Assembly (NCBI GenBank): GCA_002011035.2
Contig: MTLY02000001.1
Coordinates: 63,342 to 127,341 of the forward strand
Length of the DNA stretch: 64,000 bases
Direction of reading: 5' to 3'
Source: Candidatus Hecatella orcuttiae
GTDB taxonomy: Archaea; Thermoproteota; Bathyarchaeia; Hecatellales; Hecatellaceae
Position numbers and translations under genes: made by a program. The notes below the pieces were generated by a model. It did no database searches. It was not told where the DNA came from and saw only the letters and a list, made by a program, of their open reading frames with translations. The stretch's first letter is position 1. Every line of letters begins with the position of its first letter. This document shows, in pieces, positions 48,279-56,736 of the stretch.

Positions 48279-49499
48279 TCAGACGATGGTTATTTCTTCC
48301 ACAGGCCACTTGGAGAGAACTTCAACTCCGGAGGATGTGACAGCTACCATCTCCTCGATTCTCACACCTCCGTCTTTCCATGTTCCCTGCTGAGTTTCTA
48401 GGGCGAAGGTCATACCCTCCTTCAAGGTTACGGGAAACTCCCTAGACCATATTCTCGTTATGGTAGGCGGCTCATAGAGAGCTAACCCCAAGCCGTGACC
48501 CCACTCATTGGCAATAGCCTCCCATTCCGAGTCGTAGCCCCATTCTTTGGTGGCGTCAGGCCAGTCGCTCACTAAGTCGGCGGTAGTCGCTCCCGGCTTA
48601 ATTTTCCTGATGGCGGAGTATATCCATTCGTAGGCCTCCCGGTAGAACTCTTTTATCTTAGGCGACGGCTGCCCCAAGGAGAAAGTCCGATAATAGCATG
48701 TCTTGTATCCGTTGTAGCTGGCGCCTCCGATGTCGAAGGTCACCGTGTCCCCGGGGCGGATGATTCTGTCTGTGTAAAATTTGAAGTTAGGCCAAGCATT
48801 GGGACCGGAGCATACGGTGAAGCCTATGATATCATCCATCCCCATCTCATAGCCTACCTTATACCCTAAAGCCGTGAGGTGAAGCTCCGTTATCCCCGGC
48901 TTCAAAGCCCTCCGAACCTCCTCCAAAATGGCTTCGCAGATGGCAGCTGCTATCTTCAGACAATTCAATTCATCCTTGGTCTTTATGATGCGAGCGTCCA
49001 ACATAGCTTGTTGGCAGTCGGTGACCTCGATTCCTTCATTCTGCAGAGCCCTCACCGAAACGGCTTCAGGAACATCCAAACCGACTTTTTTCACACCTCG
49101 AGCAACCAATTCTTTCTTGATGTCAGCCGCCCATGTTCTGGCAATATGCTCAGTTAACGGTCCAGGCTGACCTCTCATCCAAGTGTAGGCATATTTCACC
49201 TCCGACAGCCACGAGCATTCAGCCTTTGTAATATGTCTGATGTCTCCATGCTCCCAAAGAACCGGGTCTTCATCCCGAACGAGAAGACAGTAACGCCAAC
49301 CCGGCACCCTTATCATCCATGGCGGCGTAATCGTGCTGGTAATATATCGCACGTTGGTTGAATCCATGCAAAGCATAGCCTCCAGCCCATGAGCCTTCAT
49401 GGAGGCTCTCGCCCTTTCCAAGCGTTCTCTCCTCATCCGCTCCACGTTAATGCCGTCTCTCCAATCGTAGGCAAATCTGCCGAACCTAATGTCAGACAT
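48279..49499 (-). CDS. M24-fold hydrolase with creatinase/prolidase N-domain (Xaa-Pro peptidase/creatinase-like)
   Basis: 406 aa. Creatinase_N-like N-terminus plus a pita-bread C-domain with FDIGG..GYKTCYYRTF, WGHGLGLALYEPP, FALETQ and RIEEMV. Confidence 0.8.
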   Translation of the reverse strand: MSDIRFGRFAYDWRDGINVERMRRERLERARASMKAHGLEAMLCMDSTNVRYITSTITPPWMIRVPGWRYCLLVRDEDPVLWEHGDIRHITKAECSWLSEVKYAYTWMRGQPGPLTEHIARTWAADIKKELVARGVKKVGLDVPEAVSVRALQNEGIEVTDCQQAMLDARIIKTKDELNCLKIAAAICEAILEEVRRALKPGITELHLTALGYKVGYEMGMDDIIGFTVCSGPNAWPNFKFYTDRIIRPGDTVTFDIGGASYNGYKTCYYRTFSLGQPSPKIKEFYREAYEWIYSAIRKIKPGATTADLVSDWPDATKEWGYDSEWEAIANEWGHGLGLALYEPPTITRIWSREFPVTLKEGMTFALETQQGTWKDGGVRIEEMVAVTSSGVEVLSKWPVEEITIV

Positions 49500-49690
49500 A
49501 TTTCACACCTCAAATTTACAGATGAATAAAAGTAGCTTCCCAGCATATATGAAAGTTTCGACGAGACTACGCTTAGGTTCACCATTCGATCCACCAGACT
49601 ATTCTGGCATGCGAGACCTCGCGGAACGCCGCAACTCCATCGGAATATTTAAAGTATCGGCAGTTCATCATAATGTATTGAGGTGAGACA

Positions 49691-50524
49691 TTGGAGCCAG
49701 CGAAACCAACGCCGCTAGTAAAGGAGCTAGTAGACCTAATCCGCAGCAGAACCGATGTCTCTTCCCTTCGGGTGGAAAGGGTGGTTGTCGGAGTTTTTTA
49801 CACAGGCGTTAAACTGAACACAGGCCACGGAGGTGTCGCCTTTACTCCTATCCATGAAATTCCCGACGCTGTCTGCTGCCCAAAATCCTTCGGTAAGATG
49901 CCTTCCTCAGGTCGGTTGACAGAGTTAAGCTTGGAGGAGGTTTTCGAGTACCCTTACAGCCGTAGTCCTTTGGTGAGCGCTGTAGGTGTCGCCGCCTTAA
50001 ACGCTGTGTCCCAGAAGATAATCTCTGAAAAATCTGCAAAATACGATATCGTTTACGATAAAGACGCCTTAGACTTGGCAGGGATAGGGCCTGAGGACAC
50101 TGTGGCCATGATAGGGGCTTTTACTCCCTACATCAAACGTCTGAAAGGCAACGTCAAAAACCTTTACGTGATCGAAAGAAATCCTAGGGCTTTATCAGGA
50201 TTCGACTTGCATGTACATCCCGAGGAAGCGTCAAAGGACTTGCTGCTCAAAGCCGACGTGGTGATAGTCTCCGGGGCTTCCATTGTAAACCAGACCATAG
50301 ACGGCATTCTAGGCTTGGCAAGTCAAGCAAGAGAGATAATATTATCCGGGCCCACTGCCAGCATGATGCCTGAACCCTTCTTCAAGCGAGGAGTCTCCGT
50401 TATGGGCGGAGTTAAAATCGACAACGCCGACCGAATGCTGGAGATAGTATCCCAAGCCGGCTCTGCTTATACGCTCTTCAAGGAATGCGCTGTTAAGATG
50501 GCGGTTAGAAAACCGTTGTCCTGA
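49691..50524 (+). CDS. DUF4213/DUF364 protein (Rossmann-like, putative metal-chelation family)
   Basis: 277 aa. N-terminal VVVGVFYTGVKLNTGHGGVAFT and a C-terminal Rossmann-like VAMIGAF...ADVVIVSGASIVN. Confidence 0.6.
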   Translation: MEPAKPTPLVKELVDLIRSRTDVSSLRVERVVVGVFYTGVKLNTGHGGVAFTPIHEIPDAVCCPKSFGKMPSSGRLTELSLEEVFEYPYSRSPLVSAVGVAALNAVSQKIISEKSAKYDIVYDKDALDLAGIGPEDTVAMIGAFTPYIKRLKGNVKNLYVIERNPRALSGFDLHVHPEEASKDLLLKADVVIVSGASIVNQTIDGILGLASQAREIILSGPTASMMPEPFFKRGVSVMGGVKIDNADRMLEIVSQAGSAYTLFKECAVKMAVRKPLS

Positions 50525-50586
50525 AGATCAGAGGGTCTTCGTATTCGCATATACCTCGGAAGCCGTGTTCAAGCGGAATCCAAGAC

Positions 50587-51312
50587 TTGGATGCAGAAAA
50601 TATGTTGACAGCACGGTTAACCTTATCTTTTCTTCTAGGGGTTCTCGCAGTGGGCAACCCCTGCGCGCTCCCTCTCTACCCCGGTTTTCTGGCGTATCTA
50701 GCCAACAAGAGTAAACATTTAGGAGAAAAGCGTTACGAGGTCTTCTTGGGAGTAATAGTCCTCTTCGGAGTTCTCTCCGCCATGCTCTTGATAGGAATGC
50801 TGGTCGCGGTTCTCGCAACCACTCTGAGCAACATACTGAGAGTTGCTGTGCCTCTTGTAAACATTATGCTTCTAATCCTCGGCATGACTCTCTTGCTAAA
50901 CATGAACATCGGACAGATGTTTCCCTCAGTTTCCGCTCCTATCTTCACCAACCCGTTTTCCACAGCTTATTTCTACGGTTTCCTCTTCGGCCCCATCGTC
51001 CTCCCCTGTAGCGCTCCATTGGTTCTTTCAGTGTTTCTTCTCTCTGCTACTCTTCATGATTTTGCAGCTAGGTTCCTCCTTTTCATAGCCTTCGGGCTCG
51101 GGATCGGCTTTCCTCTTTTCCTAATCTCCCTCATCAGCCAGAAGGCAGGAGGCGGCTGGCTTATCCGGCAGTTTACATTTCATTATCAATCGATAAACAA
51201 AATCGCAGGGTTCATTCTCATCGGGCTGGCTGTCTATAACATGTTGTATTCAGCGCAGTTTATTCAAATATTTTCAACTAAAGCCCTCAAAATCACCATA
51301 GGATGGTTATAA
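50587..51312 (+). CDS. ccdA: CcdA/DsbD-type thiol-disulfide transmembrane electron transporter
   Basis: 241 aa, six helices, with the NPCALPLYPGF and LPCSAPL Cys motifs typical of the DsbD transmembrane family. Confidence 0.7.
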   Translation: MDAENMLTARLTLSFLLGVLAVGNPCALPLYPGFLAYLANKSKHLGEKRYEVFLGVIVLFGVLSAMLLIGMLVAVLATTLSNILRVAVPLVNIMLLILGMTLLLNMNIGQMFPSVSAPIFTNPFSTAYFYGFLFGPIVLPCSAPLVLSVFLLSATLHDFAARFLLFIAFGLGIGFPLFLISLISQKAGGGWLIRQFTFHYQSINKIAGFILIGLAVYNMLYSAQFIQIFSTKALKITIGWL

Positions 51313-51332
51313 TTGAGAAGATTTCAAAGCGA

Positions 51333-52445
51333 TTAACATTTCCAATCTACTTTAGGTTCGCCACGCCTTATTGTAACATTGATTAAGCTGACAATTACTA
51401 TCAAAAGCCAAAGAGGCGAAAGGACAAAATAAAACAGTAGAAAACCTCCAAGATTAAACGTGTATTTTAACTTCCGCGCGAAAAGGTAGTAGATGATAGA
51501 AACCGCTACGAAACTGACAAGGATAGCTAAGCTACTTCTTATGAAAAGCGCAGAAATGAAAATAAAGAATAGAGGATGAATGAGGAAGCCGAATTTCGAT
51601 GCCAGAAGTAACAGAAATAGAGTTACGGACTTATGGTATAATAAGCTGGGGATCATAAAATTCATCACTAATAAGATCAGCGAAGGGAACACAACAATTA
51701 TCGCCGGTATCAAAACCTTAGGGTACCTGAGAATGATCCCCGCCAGATCCTTGTAGTATTGCCTGATCCAGAGGGCGGCGCCTAATCCCCACCGTTTTCT
51801 CTGATTATACCATTTCTTCCAAGTTGATGGCACTTTCGTGAACGCTTCCACCTTATCGGAGAATTTGTACTTACACCCTTGGAGAAACGCTCTTAAGGCT
51901 ATGTCCAGATCCTCTGAGATAACTCTGCGAAACCCTCCTAATTCTTCGAATGTTTTTCTTTTAATGGCGAAGGCAGAACCGTTTATTCCAACAGATTTAC
52001 CCAAGCTTCTGGAGAAAAACCAGTTAGCGGTATTGGTGGCTAAAAATTCATAATCCACAATCTTCGCTAGAAAAGAGTCTCTAAGGGCTTTTTTCTTAAT
52101 ATCCAGTAAATCAGCATTTTTCATTTCATCTACTATGGTTTTGAGAAAATTAGAGCTAGTATGCCCCAGCTTCATGTCACCGTCGAGGAAAAGGAGAATA
52201 TCTCCCGATGACCGCTTGACGGCTTCATTCAACGCGTTAACTTTACCCATCCGCTCGTTGGAGAGGATAAAATTAGTGGTCTTCGACCATTTTTCGGCAA
52301 GCATTAAACTTTTTTCTGTTGGCTCATCTATCACCACAAAAACCTCTTTGGAGTTGTAGGAGTCAGCGGTGATCCTTTCCAGCAAAGGTTCAAGCAGTTC
52401 CGACTCTTGGTAGACAGGTATGAAGACATCGACCTTCGGATTCAT
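51333..52445 (-). CDS. family 2 glycosyltransferase with C-terminal membrane domain
   Basis: 370 aa. DVFIPVYQE, LFLDGD (DxD) and QRKRWGLG (QxxRW-like) motifs, followed by four to five transmembrane helices. Confidence 0.8.
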   Translation of the reverse strand: MNPKVDVFIPVYQESELLEPLLERITADSYNSKEVFVVIDEPTEKSLMLAEKWSKTTNFILSNERMGKVNALNEAVKRSSGDILLFLDGDMKLGHTSSNFLKTIVDEMKNADLLDIKKKALRDSFLAKIVDYEFLATNTANWFFSRSLGKSVGINGSAFAIKRKTFEELGGFRRVISEDLDIALRAFLQGCKYKFSDKVEAFTKVPSTWKKWYNQRKRWGLGAALWIRQYYKDLAGIILRYPKVLIPAIIVVFPSLILLVMNFMIPSLLYHKSVTLFLLLLASKFGFLIHPLFFIFISALFIRSSLAILVSFVAVSIIYYLFARKLKYTFNLGGFLLFYFVLSPLWLLIVIVSLINVTIRRGEPKVDWKC

Positions 52446-52637
52446 CGGGGAACACTCATTGAAGGAAGAGGTAGTGAAAGCGAAATAGCCTATTCACTCC
52501 CTCTCCCAAGCTATTCTGGAATAATAGAAAATTCAGGGAATACTTAAGCTATCCGCCAAAATTGGGCCTTAACCCAGGCTGTCCTAGTTTAAAAGCGCCT
52601 AAAAACAAAATAGATAAGCGCTACGTGGGTAAAAGCG

Positions 52638-53735
52638 TTGGTCCTAGAAAAAGTCCAAGAAATACTGGATAAAGGGCTATGCCATTTATATTATGGCTTA
52701 TCCTTTCTCGCCGTATTAGCTCAAGAACTCTACAACTTGAAAGATCATAGGCAAATGAAAAGAGACTCTGCTTATAAAGAAGAGTACAAAGCAGTGAGAT
52801 TAGGGTTTAAACATAAACCCCAATTGGGCTTTTGCTCCTACCTACCGGATGTGCTCCATTACGGTGAAAAAATCATAAAACTCATCAGCAGCCTCAATGC
52901 AAGATGGCTTAGAACAGATTTCCCCTACTCTATGTTAGGCCGTGGAGAAAGCGGGGTTCTCCCCGTCGACGAGATCGTCGAGAAAGCTTATCGAGAAGGA
53001 ATCCAGCTTCTACCTATCCTAGGAACATGGACTGTAGGCAGACCGAAGCCGCCAAAAGATTCCAAGAATTTTCTGCAATATGTTGAAAAAATTGTCAGCA
53101 GATATAACGGCCGAATAGACAGCTACGAATTTTGGAACGAACCCAACTGCGTATGGTTTTGGAGAGACTCCGTGAACGGATTCTGTGAACTGATGGATTC
53201 AGCGGCTCGAAAGGTTAAGGAAGTTGATCCTAAAATTAAATTCGGGGTCAACATAGCTTGGCATTGGAGCCTCGGATGTTCTTGGGCGCTTAAATTCATT
53301 CGCGCTGTATCGAAAATAACCGGGTTAAGCCATGTTGACTTCATAGGGCTTCACGGATATCCCGGAACATGGGAAACGGGCAACGCGAATACATGGCGGA
53401 ACAGAATCCGGGAAACAAAAGAAACATTAAAAGCTCTAGGCCACGAGGATAAAGAAATATGGGTGACCGAATTTGGCTTTTACGCTTTCAAAAATAGATT
53501 GTTTTATCCCCATATTCCACGAAACCAAACTGAATATTTTCGAGAAGCTTTTAAAGCAATGGCGGAAGCGGAAGTTCCTGTTGCCATATGGTACTGTCTC
53601 CATGACCCTCTAACGTTTTCTAACTTTAACCTTCAAAGATTCACTTACCAAGAATTTGGATTTGGACTTTACACAAAAAATCTTAAACCAAAAGACCCTA
53701 TGGTAGTCGAGGTTATTCGAGAACTCGCGTCCTAG
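52638..53735 (+). CDS. clan GH-A (TIM-barrel, GH5/GH39-like) glycoside hydrolase
   Basis: 365-aa ORF. FWNEPN (acid/base Glu) and IWVTEFG (nucleophile Glu) motifs. Start uncertain. Confidence 0.6.
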   Translation: MVLEKVQEILDKGLCHLYYGLSFLAVLAQELYNLKDHRQMKRDSAYKEEYKAVRLGFKHKPQLGFCSYLPDVLHYGEKIIKLISSLNARWLRTDFPYSMLGRGESGVLPVDEIVEKAYREGIQLLPILGTWTVGRPKPPKDSKNFLQYVEKIVSRYNGRIDSYEFWNEPNCVWFWRDSVNGFCELMDSAARKVKEVDPKIKFGVNIAWHWSLGCSWALKFIRAVSKITGLSHVDFIGLHGYPGTWETGNANTWRNRIRETKETLKALGHEDKEIWVTEFGFYAFKNRLFYPHIPRNQTEYFREAFKAMAEAEVPVAIWYCLHDPLTFSNFNLQRFTYQEFGFGLYTKNLKPKDPMVVEVIRELAS

Positions 53736-55354
53736 CTGGCGGACTGAGCATATATAAAACCTGCGTTTCCACCTCCAAGTTCTACGTCGTATTTCAGAGG
53801 CTCCCTCTTCAGTTCATTCCAACGTATTTTAGAGCGACTTACCCAGCTGAACTTTCTGAGCAGACTCTTTGTGTAAATCCTCGTCCAGTCCAGTTGAACA
53901 TGGTCAGACCAGGCTTTGAAAATCCTTGGATCAATGTAGTTTTTCAGAGAAGTATTCAAATTATATTCTTTTGTAGCTTCCGCCATCTTCATGGCCAGCC
54001 GAAGCTTGGTAACCTTTTCCCTCCACCTTTCCAGCTGCTTCTCCGTTTTGGGATGCTGGGCTTCAGCCTTCGCCAACATCTCCCGCTTTTTTTCCATCGA
54101 TTTCTCCCATGTTGAGGGAGGAGTTCTTTTATGGTTTAAGGTTATAGCAGCCAAGAGGTTAGCGAGTCTAGCGTAGTAGATCCGGGTGGCTTCGTAGCCA
54201 TCGTTTAACTTGACGTTTCTGCTGAGATAGCCTCTGACTACGTCGGAGGCAATGAAAGTTCTGAAAACCTTAGCCGTTAAACCGGGCATAGCCTTGTTCA
54301 GAAAGCGATTCACTTGGGATGAACGTACCCCATCGAACACCTGATCACCCGGGCGCTTATCTTTCATCAATGATTTGAGGTTGTCGAGAAATTTCGGGTT
54401 TATCTTATTGACAGGGAGAGATTTATGCCATCGGACACTGTCTTTTCCGAGAAAATCAAACTCTACACTGCCACGGTTCAGGCGAATGTGCTCAACTCTG
54501 AGGGTTGACGCTCCGACGGTGTCCGCTTCATCCTCATCTTTCTCATCGCCAACCCTCATAGCTAAGGTGTCGATGAGGTAAGTCACCGTTGCTAATCTTC
54601 GCTCCTTCTCGTCGTGGGAAGATAGTTTTCTTTCTATGAAACGTCTGACCGAGTCTATCTTTGAAGAGAGACGTCGGGCTTTTTCGTACTTTTCTCTTTC
54701 CCTCTTCTGCTTCAGTGAAGACGTGTCAGAGAGCCAAACGTATTTCTCTTTACCCGAGAGTTTATCCACCCACTTAGCCAGCCACATGGAGTTGTGATCG
54801 TGCACAATGTCTTTCCATTCACCTTTCGGTATAGGGGCATCTTCTCCCAAGTTTAGGATGACATCTTGAGGGTAAATTCTAGGCTTCCACCTGCCTCGGA
54901 GGGGATGGTTGCCCCTTCCCATGAAGATGCCGGGGGGTTCCACCATCCAGTTGGCTACCTCTGTTTTCTTGCCGTTAACTTCAGCATAGCCGAACTTGGC
55001 TTTCAGCTCTTCTCTGCGCTTCTTTCTCTCAGCTGAGATTGCTTTTTTCTCCTCTTTACTCATGGTCAGCTTTCTGTTTTTCTCCTCGTCTACGTATCGG
55101 TAGAGCTCTGAAAAGTCAATGTCCTCAATGGTTATGCCGCGAAATTCGCGGCCGAGTTTTTCTGCGAAGTCGTGGACAAAATTCGCCGCGAATATTTCAT
55201 CTTTGACGTAGGGTGTATCTTTCTTTTTAGCCCAAGCGTAGGCCATTTCCTCCTGCTCAGGTGTGAGGGTGATTTTTTTGCCCTTGACGGTGATGGAGAA
55301 CGATTTCGGAATGTAGGGCTCGGGAAAAGCTACCCCGTTATGTTTTAAAGTCAC
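53732..55354 (-). CDS. eukaryote-type DNA topoisomerase IB
   Basis: 540 aa that aligns by eye along human TOP1. Matches are EPPGIFMGRGNHP, WKDIVHDHNSMWLAKW, TVGASTLRVEH, FLGKDSVRW, LTAKVFRTF, TLNHKR and SLKNYIDPRI (catalytic Tyr). Confidence 0.9.
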   Translation of the reverse strand: MTLKHNGVAFPEPYIPKSFSITVKGKKITLTPEQEEMAYAWAKKKDTPYVKDEIFAANFVHDFAEKLGREFRGITIEDIDFSELYRYVDEEKNRKLTMSKEEKKAISAERKKRREELKAKFGYAEVNGKKTEVANWMVEPPGIFMGRGNHPLRGRWKPRIYPQDVILNLGEDAPIPKGEWKDIVHDHNSMWLAKWVDKLSGKEKYVWLSDTSSLKQKREREKYEKARRLSSKIDSVRRFIERKLSSHDEKERRLATVTYLIDTLAMRVGDEKDEDEADTVGASTLRVEHIRLNRGSVEFDFLGKDSVRWHKSLPVNKINPKFLDNLKSLMKDKRPGDQVFDGVRSSQVNRFLNKAMPGLTAKVFRTFIASDVVRGYLSRNVKLNDGYEATRIYYARLANLLAAITLNHKRTPPSTWEKSMEKKREMLAKAEAQHPKTEKQLERWREKVTKLRLAMKMAEATKEYNLNTSLKNYIDPRIFKAWSDHVQLDWTRIYTKSLLRKFSWVSRSKIRWNELKREPLKYDVELGGGNAGFIYAQSAS

Positions 55355-55579
55355 CCACTTTCTCGCCGTTTTCCCCAGTCCACCTTCGCTTCCTTGCGCA
55401 GTAATATAGGCTCAAATGTTATCAACCTCTTTATTAGATTTAGCTCGAGCATGTCCTAAAGCAAATTCATGCCCACTAAGCCATGCATACAGCAGATGGA
55501 AACTTTACATACAGAAAAGTACGGGTGGATAAGAAGGCTGAATACTTTTTTTTACAGTAACACAAATTCGCTTCTGGAG

Positions 55580-55683
55580 TGGCGGGCCCGAGGGGATTTG
55601 AACCCCTGATCTTCGGCTCCGGAGGCTTTCGCCCTCTTTACAGGAGAGAGGTCAACGTCCTATCCAAGCTGGACCACGGGCCC
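55580..55683 (-). tRNA. tRNA-Arg (anticodon CCG) with a 26-nt intron in the 5' half of the anticodon stem; CCA encoded
   Basis: Removing ACCTCTCTCCTGTAAAGAGGGCGAAA gives GGGCCCG-TG-GTCC-AGCTTGGATA-GGAC-G-TTGGC-CTCCGGA-GCCGA-AGATC-AGGGG-TTCAAAT-CCCCT-CGGGCCC-G-CCA, a complete cloverleaf. Confidence 0.8.
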
Positions 55684-55802
55684 TCCAAAATAAAAATGGC
55701 GCGGAGATAACTATAAGAAGATTCCTGAAACCTCCCCGAATTTTCCGGATTTAAACTTTGAGGATGAGGATTTTCGGTGAAGCTGATTTTTCATTGATCC
55801 AT

Positions 55803-56637
55803 TTAGGCTTTTCTTGTACGTAGAAAGCTGGTTATTACCTTAGCGGCTTCCTCCGGCTTTTCGAAGAAAATGGCATGTCCGCAGTTCTTTATCACCTTTA
55901 GTCGTGCTTGACGTATTTTTTCGCTGATGACTTTGCCTCCTCCACCTTTAGGTCCTTGCTCTAAGGGGATTATGAGATCGGCTTCGCCGGCTAGCACAAG
56001 CGTCGGCGCGTCTATACGGTGAAGTTGATCTATGATATTGAAGTTTGCCATGGCCTTGCAGGAGGATTTAAAGATTTCTGGAGTATTGTTCTCAGCAAAG
56101 ATCTTCTTTACTAGCTTTAACGCCTGAGGAGCCTCGTTGCTGTCGAGAAATCTTCAGGACAAAGCTTGAAGGGATGTAAGTTCAGATAGAGTTTCCAAGT
56201 TTACTCCCATTTTCTCCGCTACATCTCCCCAAACTTTGAATAACAGTTTTGTAGCTTCATCCATTTTGCATGCAGAGCAACTTATGATCAGCTTCTCAAG
56301 TTTTTCAGGGTACTTTAAGGCAAATTGCATAGCGACCATTCCTCCCATAGAAGCCCTGTGAACGTGGGTTCTAGGAATATTCAGAGCCTCCAGTAGGCCC
56401 TTAAGATCGTCGGCCCAAAGTTCTATGGAATATTCTTGCAAAGGTCTATCTGAAAGGCCGAACCCTCTCATGTCGTAATTCAATAATCTTAAACTTTTTT
56501 CGCAGCAAAGGAGTAATGGCTGCGAAGTGTTCATGGCCTAAGCCTAATCCATGAACTTGAACGAGGGTTTCTCCTTTTCCTTCGAACTCATACCATAAGT
56601 TAACCTCGTGCACTTTAATTTTCGGCATACGAATCAC
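55803..56637 (-). pseudogene. alpha/beta-fold hydrolase, disrupted by one frameshift and one in-frame TGA
   Basis: Three track ORFs (56446..56637, 56154..56534, 55803..56051) together form one alpha/beta hydrolase. The frame changes near 56470-56480. An in-frame TGA lies at 56154-56156. The nucleophile elbow reads RASMG rather than GxSxG. Confidence 0.7.
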
Positions 56638-56736
56638 CTTCAGCCATCTGAAACTTTATGCAACTTAATTTCTATTATCCAAGAGAAAAACCTTTATTCT
56701 AAAAACTGTTATGAAGCGTGAAGTAGGTGGGGTTTC

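Noticed and set aside
50528-50818. 96-aa Arg-rich minus-strand ORF overlapping the start of ccdA
   Set aside because: It is antisense to a well-supported membrane protein gene, and its composition is typical of a spurious GC-skewed frame.
55355-55802. tRNA-adjacent region as a possible integration site of a mobile element
   Set aside because: No integrase, no direct repeat of the tRNA 3' end and no compositional break was seen. Flanking genes are ordinary chromosomal genes.
56154-56156. In-frame TGA in the alpha/beta hydrolase as possible selenocysteine or recoding
   Set aside because: The same gene also has a frameshift and a damaged nucleophile motif. TGA is used as an ordinary stop by neighbouring genes, for example the UbiD and AcnX genes. 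I saw no SECIS-like evidence. A pseudogene is the simpler explanation.
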